DNA of 64,000 nucleotides from a virus: IMG/VR virus record IMGVR_UViG_3300030202_003023, positions 1-64,000 of that record; one strand, given 5' to 3'. A program made the translations under genes and the position numbers. This document shows positions 30,201 to 39,584 of the stretch, piece after piece (within the stretch, counting starts at the first letter, position 1; every line of letters starts with the position of its first letter). Below the pieces are notes generated by a model, which saw only the letters and a list, made by a program, of their open reading frames with translations, was not told the DNA's origin and did no database searches.

Positions 30201-33200
30201 TACTTGGTAACTAGTAACCAGTTCTCCGTCTTCATACAAGTGAGCTATTCCTACGCTTTTGTCTACAATAACATATGGCGCAGCTGTGTTTTCATTAGCT
30301 TTTGTAATTTTAGTTACATTGTCTAACTTATTTAACTCATCTTGAGAAAGTTTTACTGATGTAAAAGACTCTAAATTATTTACTACTAAATTATCATAGC
30401 CGTAAGTTCCAACTTGTTCATTACGTACACTGAAAGATGAGGTAGATACTAATGTAGCTGTAATTAAAAACCCTATAAGCATGTTTTTAATAGCAGAAGC
30501 AATTCTTTGTAAAAGGCTAGGCTTTTTAGGAAGTGCAGATTTAGTGTTCATTTGAGACACTATTTCATCTTTAAGGGCTGCTCTAACTTCTTCTTTAGAA
30601 GAAAGATTTTCTTCAGCCATTATCTGCTTAATTTCTGCATCAGTTAGATTACTATCTAAAAGAGCCTCTAAAGTTTTTTCATGTTTTACAGCTTTTAATT
30701 CTTCTAGCTGATTAGTTATTGTTCTTTGTCTTTGTGATATACCTTCCTGTTCTATTTCTAGAGCAGCACGTCTAAGTTTTTCTTCTTTACTTTTAACTTC
30801 TTCCTTTTCTGCTCTATCAGTATCTTGCGCTTCTAGTATTTTTTCATTAAAGCTAGTTAAGTCTTGTCTAGTTAATACAGCATCAGTTAAAACATCTAAT
30901 ACTTCTTGGTTTGTTAATTTACTAAGTATCCACTTAGCAAACTTTTGCCACCATTTAAGCGCTTCTCCTACTTTACCTGTTTTTACAAATTCAACAGCTT
31001 GCTTACCAATAGCTTCTACTAAAGCTTCTTCAGATCCAAATCTTTTTATCCCTTCTTGTACAATAGGAGAACTACGCCACATTCTTATATAGTGGTGTGC
31101 ATATTCATGTGGTAAAGTGTCTTGCTTTTGATTAGCTGCATCAATTAATACAGTAAGTGCTTCTATATTAGCTTGTCCTACAATTTTACCAACAGCATCT
31201 CTTTGGTATAGCAGTGGGGCCGTTTCTTCATAACCAGAAATATCTACTCTATAACCTCCTGTAACAGTACGCCTGTCTTGTGTTCCTGAAGATTCCCAAC
31301 TAATAGTACCGCTTCTATTTAATCCAGGTATTTCTTCTACATATTGTAATTTAACTCCTGGTATTTTTTTAAGTGCTAAGTACATTACACCTACTTTTGT
31401 TGCTAATCCTTTTTTAACTTCTTCTGGACCTGCGTATAAAGCAGCTGATCTTTCGCTACCTTGTGTTAACATAGTAGCTTGCTGTCCTGTAAAGTAAATA
31501 GGAAAGTCTTTACCTTTTTCTTTAATAACGCTTTGTATTAGTTTGTGAAATAATACATTAGCATAAGTAAATTCAATGTTGTTTTTATCTTTAGTTATTG
31601 CTTCAATTTTTTTTCTTTTAGCTTCAATGTTTCCTTCTAATTCTTCTTTTAAACTATTGTACTCTGTAAATAATTTTTCAAAAGTAGCTTCTATTTCTTG
31701 ATCTGATAAAGCAGCATATCTATTATTAGCAGCAAAGTTTTTATTTCCTATTACAGCATTTAATACTTCTTGATTATCTAATTTTATTCTTCTAACAGCT
31801 TCTTTTCTTATTTTAGCTAAAAGAGCAGCAGCAAATTGTTTTCTAGATTTAGCAAAAAGTCTAGCAGGCATCCTTCCAGTTTCTAGATTGTATGTATCTT
31901 CTTCTAAATTACTACCGCTTTTAATTTGGTATGCTACGCCTCTACGTAAAAATTGATCTACACTTATTTGAGTTTGTGGGTTTTCTTCTAAATATTTTAT
32001 TTTTACTTCTTTGCTTTCAAATAAAAGCTCTCCAGGAACTAAGTAGTCAAGACTTGTTTCATTATCATAATAATCTAAAACTACATTAAACCCTTGTAAT
32101 AAATCTGAAATTATATTTGCATTAACTTCTTTTGATACTCTAATGTTTTTTGTAAGACCTTCAGGTAAATGCTTGTCAACAATTTCATTTAATTTTCCAG
32201 ATTGTTGCACTTCTTTTAAATGTCTTAAAAACCTTTTAAGGTTTTCTCTTCTAACTTTTGCTATTTCTACACTTTTTTTATTGTCTTTTATTGAGCTGCT
32301 TAGTAAATTTACTCTTTCTGCTATTCTTTGTCTATATGCCTTAATTTTAAAGTTCTTATCCCAGTTTGTTAAATCTTGGATAGCTGTAGATTGATCAATT
32401 CCTGTATTTTCCCAATCTCTTACTTCTTTTAGTACGTCCTCAAAAGCATCCATTAAAAAAACTGGATATCTTTTTATTTCTGACATTATCCTTATATAGT
32501 CTCCAATTCTTATTTTATTAGGGTCCTGTTCTTTTACACTTTCTCTTAACCTTTCAAAAAAATCATTCTGTATTTCATGCATTAAAACAGCGTCAGGAGC
32601 AAGTGCGTCTTGATAACGTTCTTTATCACTTTCCATTTCATTTATAAAAGCCATTTCTTCTGATAAAGGCATTCCTTCTGTACTTTCTTCACTACTAAGA
32701 GGCTTTGAATTAAAGTAAGTGATGTTACCCCAAGCAGATGGAGATAGAGGAAAATGAGAGTGCATGTTAAAAAACTCATCATTATATCTTAATGATACTT
32801 TTCTGTGCCTAACGCCTGCTGTCCTGTTAAATGTTTGATCTAGTCTGTAAGTTAAATACTGTTTTTCTTGTGCAAACCCTAAAACAAAACCTGCATCTAA
32901 AAATACTTGAACTTCTTTAATAAAGTCTTCAGCTGTAATGCTTTTTAGTTTAGGGTTGTCTACTTTAATACTTTCTCTGACAGTGTTTAAAATATTTAAT
33001 TCTGGTCCTTTAACACCATCAAGTTTTATAGGAGCTGATAAAGCTATTCTTTGTTTTTTATATTTTTCAGCTAGTATTTTAAAAGACTTTAGCCCTGCAC
33101 TTTCTTTTGTATATTTATTTTGTTTTTCTAAACTTTCTATTTCTTTATCTGTTAATTTAATTTTTCTAAGTTCTACTCCTTCATTAGCAACACTCCTTAT

Positions 33201-36200
33201 TGCTTTTTGAATAGATTTTTTAGAAAATCTAGTAGGAGTTGTAAGCCTGTTTATTAGCTTTTCATAATACTCCCTAGCTTTCATTTCTTCAATCTCATTA
33301 GTACTAGCAAAATCCAATACTTCTTGATTAAGTACAGAAGTAGATTCAGTTTCCCAAACAGGATTTTCAGCAATAGTTAATGTAATTTCAGGATAGAGTT
33401 TTTCAAATAGATTTTGTAATTTTTTACCTAATTCAATATCAAAATCTTCTCTTTCAGGATAAGCTTCACTAACATCTCTACTAGTTTCAATAATACTTTC
33501 TGTACTACTTGTGTCTACTACTTCAGTAGTTTCTAGAGAAGTAGGCTGTCCTAATTCAGTAAAAATACCCTCTTTAGTGTTGTTAAGAGAATTTAATAAA
33601 CCTATTTTACCTTGTTTCTTTTCTCTCTTTTTACCATTTTGGTCTATATAGCTTGTAGTAACACTGTCATTATCTACAGCCACTACTGTAACTTCAATAG
33701 TTCCATCAAAGTTCCAATTAAATTTATCCCCAACTTTAAAGTCTTTTCTTGTTCCTGGTTTTTGTTCAGTAGTTGTATCAGTTGTAGCTTGGTTTTCTTC
33801 TGCAAGTTTATTTAAACCTATCAAAAGCTTTTTCTCTAAGTCATAGCTTGCGTCAACTTCTTTACGTAAATTTTGCTTTGCAATATCCAGACTATGATAT
33901 ATAATCTTATTACTAAATTCAAACGTAACTTTATCACCATCTTCAAATTCTATTGATATAGGATCACCTAATTCTTTTAAAACATATTCTTTAGCTTCTT
34001 GTCTTTTTTCTTCAGATATATTTGTAGGATTAAAATTATAACCTTCAGTAGCTGTATCAGTTGTAGTTTCTTCTGTTTCAGTTACCTCTTCTTTAGTAAC
34101 TTCTTCTGATTTAGTTTTAAAATTAAAACCGCTTGCAGAAACTGAAGAATCTGCTATTTCTACTTTACTAAATAAAACTGTAGGCTGTTTAAATAAATTA
34201 GATTTACCATCACGGTTTTGTTGTAATCCTTCTTTAACTGTAGTTTGAACTAAGTTATTGTTAACTATAAAGGCTTTATATACAGGGTCTGATAATTTAT
34301 CTATATTAATTTGTCTTCTTTTCTTAGACAATGCTCTTACAAATGATTCTTTACCTTTTTCAGTTAGAAATACATTTGTAGGTATCCAAGTACCGCCTGC
34401 TTGTATTCCTGCAGGGCTAGACAAAAGCCTACCCCCGCCTAATGTTTTAGTATACTTACCTTCAAATACTAACATTGATAGTAAATCTTGAAGTGAAGTA
34501 ACTTCAACATCTACTAAATCTATTAATCCAGAAATTCTTTTATTACTTGATGTTTTTATATAATTTAATAAATCAGTGTGTTTACTTAAAGATTCTTTGT
34601 AAGTGTTTTTGTCTTGTAAAGTCTTAACGTATATGTCATAAATTAAATTAATTTCTTCAATTATAAGGTCTGGAGTAAATAGTCTTAATGGAAAAGCTTC
34701 TCCGTTACCTCTTTGTACTAGCGCATATATAGCTCCTGGAGTAGAAGAAACGTTATCTAATTCCTCAACTTTGTTTTTATTAGAGTCTATATAAATACCT
34801 GTTTTTTGTCCTGGCGCTGCTTTAGCTCCAGCTATAAATTTAATATCTTCAGGAACTACATTTAAAACTAATTCAAGGTTTTTAAAATACCTTTCATTTA
34901 AAGGGTCTTTCATTAATGTACCAGACCTTTGCCCTTCAAACTCTACATACGCTTGTTTACCTGTGTATACAGATTCAATTACTGCTTTTTTAATTTCTAC
35001 AACTTCTGCTCTTGCTATTTCCTGCTTATCTTCTGGAAGACCGTACCACCGCGGAAAAGTAGTATCATGGACTTCCATGTTTAGCTTAACTCCATTTACT
35101 AATACTCTTTCTCCTTTTTTATTTATAATTGCCCCTCTTACTGGAACTATCCCAAGTTCTTCATCTGTAAGAGGCTCTTTGTTTTTAATTTTGTTTGCTA
35201 TAATTGATTTTTGTGAATCTTTTTTAAATTTAGTTGCCCACTCTTCAAGTAGTACAGGGTCTACATAAAGCTGTGCACCGTAATCTTCAACATTTATATT
35301 AGGGTCTTCAAAAAACTGAGTTAAAGCTATAGCTTCTTCAGGGTTTCTAAATAGACTTTTGTCTTTTGTATTTTCTAAATTTGTTGATCTCCAAGCTATT
35401 CCGTATCCTGTTTCAACTATAAAGTTAGGACCGTCTTCTATTTCAGTGTTAATTTCATCATTAGTAGGATTATTAGGAGTACCTATTTCAGTAGAGACTG
35501 CAGTAACTAATACATCATCATGTTTTATAGTATTTTTTCTGTTTTCTTCTTCTCTCTTTTTTGCAATTCTTTCAGCTTGCGCTATTAAATCTGATGCGTC
35601 TGTTGCTTCTTCTTCAGCAATACCTTCTTGTACAGCTTCAGGAGTAACTCCTTCACGTTTAGCTTTTGCTTCTTCAGCTTGTTTTATTAAGCTTGATACA
35701 TCTCCTGCTTCTTCTTCAGGAATTCCAGTGTTTTTATTAGATTTTGGTTTTGATCCTACGCTTACTGTTACTTCAGCTGTTTGTACTTTTTTACCGTTTT
35801 TATTTATTTGCGGTTTTGTAACAAAAGTTATAATTTCTTTACCTTCTTCAATTTCATCACTAGGAACAAAAGTTGCAATAACTTCCATACCCTCTTTGTA
35901 CTCTTGTCCTTCTTCTATAGATGTTTCATAGCCTTCAGCTTCAAGTTCTTTTTCTATTTTTTTAATTGTATTTTTTTGGGCTTCTGTTAAAACTGCTCCC
36001 TTTGCTACATTCGTGTTAATTCTGTTTATTATATTTAATTTTTCTAAATTAGTCTTTGCTTTGTTCAGCTTTTCAAAATCTCTTTTTATTTGCTTTTCTC
36101 CTATTTTTTCAGTTTTTGTAGACGGTTCTTCAGCTTTAGCTTCAATTTTACTAGGAGCTGCTTTTATTCTTTTTGCATAATCACTTTTTATAGCTTTTAT

Positions 36201-39200
36201 GTCATTATCTATTTGACCAAGACGTTTTTTAATTTCAGCAATTCTATCAGCTTTGTTGATACTAAAATAAGTAGCATCTGCAGTTTGTGACGCTGCTTCT
36301 CTTGCTTCAGTATTAGCCTCTGAAACTAATTCATTAAATACATCATATACTTCATCAAAAGCTGTTTTGCTTATTCCAAATAAATCAGCAAAAAACTGCT
36401 TTATTTTACCTAATAATGTTTTAGCTCTTTTAGATTTTACACCTTTTAATTTTTCAACAAACTTAGGATTAGCCAATTCTGCAAGAAGTTCATCTATATT
36501 ATACGTACCGTACAAATTAATATCTGTAAAATTGTACATATCAAATGCACCTAATACTTCTTGAACTTCTTTAAGTATACTTTGTAATCTTTTAACTGCC
36601 TCAATTTGTTTTTTAGTAAGTTTAGAAAGCTCGTTTTTCTTTACGCTATCTGTTATATAAGCCGTAACCCCATGTATAAATTCATGCAGTATAAGTCCAC
36701 TTAGTTCTGATTTTAAATTTGATTTTTTATTAGAAACTTGATACCCAAAGAATGCAACATTTATGTATATTTTATTTTCTTTGAGTTCAAATATTCCAGC
36801 TGCATTTTTGCCAGCTTTAAAATCTGTAGCAAATTCTACTTTAACCCCTAATTTATTAGCAGTACCTTTAATTAAATTCCAAAGTGTTTTACTTAACCCT
36901 GATAAAGACAGCTTATTGCTTATTTCATCAGCTGTGTATTCTTTATTTGTTTCTATTCCATATTCAAGAAGCTTTTTTTCTCCTATTTTAGCATTTTCTT
37001 TTATATCAAATTCTTCTTCTACTTCTTCCCTTATCCAACCTTTTTTACGTTCTAAAGTTTCTTTAATCTCTTCTTCACTAAAGCCTGCATCTCTAAACTC
37101 ATTTTCAATTTCTTCTTTTTCTTCATTAAGTCTTTTTTCAACTTCTTTTTCTATAGCGTCATTAATAGATTTTTTAGGTCCTGTTTTTTCTTCTTCTTCT
37201 AATTTTCTTAATTCTTCTTCTAAGGCTTGACGTTCTTTTTCAAGTTCATCTATTTTTTCATCACGCTCTTCTTTTAGACCTTCTTTAGTTTGTTCTGTTT
37301 CTTCTTCTGGTTCTCTACCAGTTTCTTCACCTGTAGGACCTGTCTTTTCTTCTTCAGTTTCTTCTGTTGTTTCTTCTGTTGTTTCCTCTTCTGCTGTAGT
37401 ACCTGTTTTTTCTTCGTTGTTTCTAGAATTGTTTACAGATTCATTTGCTGCTGCTTCTTCTTCTTCTGAATAAGCGGCTGCTGCGGCTGCTGCTTCAGCT
37501 TCTGCTTTCTTTTTAGCTGCTTCTTTAAACGCGTCTTCTACTACTCTATATGCTTTTTGTCCTTTTTTACTTGTAAGCTTAGCTAGTTCTTTATTATTAG
37601 CGTCTATTAATTCATTTAATAAGATAATTTGCATTTGATGCCCTACAGCACCAGCAGAGTTTACTGCAACTTCGTTTAATATTTTATTATCATCTTGTGC
37701 GTCTATACCTAGAACACGCTTTTCATCAGTCTGTTCTCCTGTTTTAAATGATTCATCTTCTTTTAAGAATGCATCATACTTAGCTTTTTCTTTTGCTAAA
37801 TCATTTTCAAGCTTTGCTTTTCTTCTTTCAAGTTCTGCTACATGTGCAGGAGCTTCTGCAATTTTTTCATTAATTGCTGTTTCTGTTGATTGAATTGCAG
37901 ATAGAATTGCACTTATTTTAACTAGATTATCTAGCTTTTCTTTGCCTCTAGTACTTAATTCATTAAATCTTGGGATGTTCGCTCTTTCTTTTATAAGACC
38001 GTCTTTTTGCTTAGTCAAATTATCAGAATAGTACCTGTTCCAGTATTGGAATGAAGTAATAGGTCTTACTGTACTAGGCTGGTATTTTCTTCTATTTCTT
38101 TTATAGTCTTTTGATACTTTGGCCATTTCACCCTTCATTCTAACTAATCTTTCTCTATAGTTAGGAGCAAAGGCTTGCTTTTCTTCTTCTGTAGCATTGT
38201 CAATAGCCTCAATTAAATTGTCAACACTTGCTTGACCTATTGGCTCAGTACCGTTTTCAGCATGTGTAAAAGCAACGTTAAAAGCATTTTCAGCTTCAAC
38301 TTCTTGGGCCATTTTTTCATCGTTATTTAACAATGCGCTGTTTAACTTCATACCAGCAGCGGTCATTTTTTCAAACCCTTCTTGTGCTACTCTTATTTGT
38401 TCTTCTTCTCTTTCTCTTTCTTCTTTACCGCCAACAAGAGGAAGATTTGTTCTTTTTAATCCTGCTCTACTTGCTTGCATTACTCCAGCACCTAAAGCAC
38501 CAAATAACGCACTAGTCCACAGTTCTCCACTCTTCATGTATTTACTGTAGCGATCTCCTGCGTCTTCTTTGGATATAAGACCTGCATCTGCAAGTGCGTG
38601 ATATCTACTTTCTTCTCCAACTATGTGCTGATAAGCTTCTTCAGCACCTTCAGTAAGCATATCAAAACCATACATTGCACCAATTTGTGCTCTATTAAGC
38701 ATGATTTTTTGATTAGCCATTCCAGCTAACTTAGGGTTTGAAAATTTTCCAGCTTTACCAAAAACTCCAGCACCTATTGAATATTGAAATATATCTTGAA
38801 GTATTAAATTGTAGTTCTTTACGTAAGTTCTACTAGCTGCTTTTGATGCTAAATAGTTAGCTTCATCATAACCTGTACCTCTTTGAAATGCTTCATTTCT
38901 TACTCTTTCCCAAAGCTGATGGCTTTCCATCATGTTTTCCATGTGTCTAGAAACAAAAGCTTGTCCAAAAACAGACATTCCTTTCATTACTGCTGCTCCT
39001 TTTACACCTTTAGCAGTAAGACCCAGAGCTTTACCTATCATTCCTAAACCTCTAATAGTACCTACTGCAGGTATCATAAGTGAAAGTGTAGAACCTACAG
39101 ACACACCATTACTTAACCACCAACCTAAACTACCTTCATCTTGTGCTCCAAATATTGGAAAGTGTTCTCTAGACCCTTCTTTCATTGAAGTACCTAAATT

Positions 39201-39569
39201 AGATAACCAGTTACCCCAATTAGTAAGATCTTTGTTATACATACCTCGCAGCCCTTCAATGTCTCCAAGATAACCAACGCCTTCAATTATACCTCCTAAC
39301 ACTTCTGCCCCTAATTGTGCACTAAAGTTTTTCCATTTTTCTGGTGCGCTTTGTGCTTCTCCTAGTTTGTAAGGAAGATCTCCAGAAAATATATTTACTT
39401 GTCCTCCTAACTTTTCTGCTACTTTTTCAAAGTCAACTCCACCAGTCATTTCTTTTACTTCTCCTGGAAGTAAAGAAGGACTTGTTTTAATTATACTTTT
39501 TCTAGAAACGTTCTTTGCGTATTCTTCTGCTAGTTTATCGTGTAATCCTAGTTTTTTATTATCTCCCAT
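27228..39569 (-). CDS. giant polyvalent virion ejection protein, 4113 aa
   Basis: N-terminal hydrophobic Gly/Ala helices, coiled coils, three HExxH motifs, YkuD-like and lysozyme-like domains, PD-(D/E)xK nuclease-like domain. Confidence 0.8.
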   Translation of the reverse strand: MGDNKKLGLHDKLAEEYAKNVSRKSIIKTSPSLLPGEVKEMTGGVDFEKVAEKLGGQVNIFSGDLPYKLGEAQSAPEKWKNFSAQLGAEVLGGIIEGVGYLGDIEGLRGMYNKDLTNWGNWLSNLGTSMKEGSREHFPIFGAQDEGSLGWWLSNGVSVGSTLSLMIPAVGTIRGLGMIGKALGLTAKGVKGAAVMKGMSVFGQAFVSRHMENMMESHQLWERVRNEAFQRGTGYDEANYLASKAASRTYVKNYNLILQDIFQYSIGAGVFGKAGKFSNPKLAGMANQKIMLNRAQIGAMYGFDMLTEGAEEAYQHIVGEESRYHALADAGLISKEDAGDRYSKYMKSGELWTSALFGALGAGVMQASRAGLKRTNLPLVGGKEEREREEEQIRVAQEGFEKMTAAGMKLNSALLNNDEKMAQEVEAENAFNVAFTHAENGTEPIGQASVDNLIEAIDNATEEEKQAFAPNYRERLVRMKGEMAKVSKDYKRNRRKYQPSTVRPITSFQYWNRYYSDNLTKQKDGLIKERANIPRFNELSTRGKEKLDNLVKISAILSAIQSTETAINEKIAEAPAHVAELERRKAKLENDLAKEKAKYDAFLKEDESFKTGEQTDEKRVLGIDAQDDNKILNEVAVNSAGAVGHQMQIILLNELIDANNKELAKLTSKKGQKAYRVVEDAFKEAAKKKAEAEAAAAAAAYSEEEEAAANESVNNSRNNEEKTGTTAEEETTEETTEETEEEKTGPTGEETGREPEEETEQTKEGLKEERDEKIDELEKERQALEEELRKLEEEEKTGPKKSINDAIEKEVEKRLNEEKEEIENEFRDAGFSEEEIKETLERKKGWIREEVEEEFDIKENAKIGEKKLLEYGIETNKEYTADEISNKLSLSGLSKTLWNLIKGTANKLGVKVEFATDFKAGKNAAGIFELKENKIYINVAFFGYQVSNKKSNLKSELSGLILHEFIHGVTAYITDSVKKNELSKLTKKQIEAVKRLQSILKEVQEVLGAFDMYNFTDINLYGTYNIDELLAELANPKFVEKLKGVKSKRAKTLLGKIKQFFADLFGISKTAFDEVYDVFNELVSEANTEAREAASQTADATYFSINKADRIAEIKKRLGQIDNDIKAIKSDYAKRIKAAPSKIEAKAEEPSTKTEKIGEKQIKRDFEKLNKAKTNLEKLNIINRINTNVAKGAVLTEAQKNTIKKIEKELEAEGYETSIEEGQEYKEGMEVIATFVPSDEIEEGKEIITFVTKPQINKNGKKVQTAEVTVSVGSKPKSNKNTGIPEEEAGDVSSLIKQAEEAKAKREGVTPEAVQEGIAEEEATDASDLIAQAERIAKKREEENRKNTIKHDDVLVTAVSTEIGTPNNPTNDEINTEIEDGPNFIVETGYGIAWRSTNLENTKDKSLFRNPEEAIALTQFFEDPNINVEDYGAQLYVDPVLLEEWATKFKKDSQKSIIANKIKNKEPLTDEELGIVPVRGAIINKKGERVLVNGVKLNMEVHDTTFPRWYGLPEDKQEIARAEVVEIKKAVIESVYTGKQAYVEFEGQRSGTLMKDPLNERYFKNLELVLNVVPEDIKFIAGAKAAPGQKTGIYIDSNKNKVEELDNVSSTPGAIYALVQRGNGEAFPLRLFTPDLIIEEINLIYDIYVKTLQDKNTYKESLSKHTDLLNYIKTSSNKRISGLIDLVDVEVTSLQDLLSMLVFEGKYTKTLGGGRLLSSPAGIQAGGTWIPTNVFLTEKGKESFVRALSKKRRQINIDKLSDPVYKAFIVNNNLVQTTVKEGLQQNRDGKSNLFKQPTVLFSKVEIADSSVSASGFNFKTKSEEVTKEEVTETEETTTDTATEGYNFNPTNISEEKRQEAKEYVLKELGDPISIEFEDGDKVTFEFSNKIIYHSLDIAKQNLRKEVDASYDLEKKLLIGLNKLAEENQATTDTTTEQKPGTRKDFKVGDKFNWNFDGTIEVTVVAVDNDSVTTSYIDQNGKKREKKQGKIGLLNSLNNTKEGIFTELGQPTSLETTEVVDTSSTESIIETSRDVSEAYPEREDFDIELGKKLQNLFEKLYPEITLTIAENPVWETESTSVLNQEVLDFASTNEIEEMKAREYYEKLINRLTTPTRFSKKSIQKAIRSVANEGVELRKIKLTDKEIESLEKQNKYTKESAGLKSFKILAEKYKKQRIALSAPIKLDGVKGPELNILNTVRESIKVDNPKLKSITAEDFIKEVQVFLDAGFVLGFAQEKQYLTYRLDQTFNRTAGVRHRKVSLRYNDEFFNMHSHFPLSPSAWGNITYFNSKPLSSEESTEGMPLSEEMAFINEMESDKERYQDALAPDAVLMHEIQNDFFERLRESVKEQDPNKIRIGDYIRIMSEIKRYPVFLMDAFEDVLKEVRDWENTGIDQSTAIQDLTNWDKNFKIKAYRQRIAERVNLLSSSIKDNKKSVEIAKVRRENLKRFLRHLKEVQQSGKLNEIVDKHLPEGLTKNIRVSKEVNANIISDLLQGFNVVLDYYDNETSLDYLVPGELLFESKEVKIKYLEENPQTQISVDQFLRRGVAYQIKSGSNLEEDTYNLETGRMPARLFAKSRKQFAAALLAKIRKEAVRRIKLDNQEVLNAVIGNKNFAANNRYAALSDQEIEATFEKLFTEYNSLKEELEGNIEAKRKKIEAITKDKNNIEFTYANVLFHKLIQSVIKEKGKDFPIYFTGQQATMLTQGSERSAALYAGPEEVKKGLATKVGVMYLALKKIPGVKLQYVEEIPGLNRSGTISWESSGTQDRRTVTGGYRVDISGYEETAPLLYQRDAVGKIVGQANIEALTVLIDAANQKQDTLPHEYAHHYIRMWRSSPIVQEGIKRFGSEEALVEAIGKQAVEFVKTGKVGEALKWWQKFAKWILSKLTNQEVLDVLTDAVLTRQDLTSFNEKILEAQDTDRAEKEEVKSKEEKLRRAALEIEQEGISQRQRTITNQLEELKAVKHEKTLEALLDSNLTDAEIKQIMAEENLSSKEEVRAALKDEIVSQMNTKSALPKKPSLLQRIASAIKNMLIGFLITATLVSTSSFSVRNEQVGTYGYDNLVVNNLESFTSVKLSQDELNKLDNVTKITKANENTAAPYVIVDKSVGIAHLYEDGELVTSYQVGTGSAEGDKQTTLKSAYFNSSGVEVGLQKATYLENGTRYLRDGYTSKTNWSQGNKQTGAGIYTIDRKGKYKGDKAFFLKNEGGLNVPSILHKVPNSVVRKRKLNDKDSTNNRFSNGCFNFNVKSLEDLDARGLAPNSKVYVLPDNPNNKFEFVDNELVFRSRDSLVNRTPYSFESQPITIKANNLSQFHEFPETQKTIKGYIQTIANHKSDLMQMFPTVSNDIYNEIATLAYGILGQESSFGTYGGLRGHEGLLRDRAQVEINRITGRETRTPSVGITQTRIFSVPKKVRKKFNINKTEDLFGNYNNRNSALATMGILLDIYVNQTPSTRKSEFKTILPLLYSNQRKTAAKVFKGEKVTNEYVTNVLKYAEEVDVYLGTKEINNLQENSPLSPKDSTQIGMAGVLFLFRRKRREDTNIEEIDAEIDRLEREYKALNQRDLYIKAKLGIELEKIRVEMEAIPAESLAILEKMRADSKIVVLENENDDFYIHKNIPGKDTKFLQLIRVSKIVTPTTNRTAIMETGAALGRKVDRVVRDFFNEKLKSHTHYKLANKEEFEGFIEQLKVLRRRFEANNEHVVSDEITLHNTEMGIAGTTDLITIDNKGVWRIYDMKGQKGNRLKESYKSDPGTAKYDSTLNGKIKSERQKHKEQLSLYRMLMYKTYGVLAKNLEIIPIQLQYEENDTKTKVLDLKTSIEHTPSNDVLGYSITANSSSGKEHISVEDNKITHTPDVGLDGNPVGDVSDLLKAVEKKQSGIDEALSNLDALKKSTESKKQTPNTDEAFKVREAVDESTPITEEEIRKVEEIVPENMKVEVVKDYLRLLSGGRRVVGMFTDSMIKISTLAKTGDAFHEAFHGIFRTALTEAEQSELIEEAKSLFLGPLEEQIEDFQKRHKASREHAIRLFYEEQLADEFALFMKNPETYKAITPKTKHENLFKRLFTWLKEIIQRPKNYKTLFDKIQQGKFNKAESIDLMMQAGVIEQVNNITKKRC

Positions 39570-39584
39570 TTAAGTTGGCTTCTT

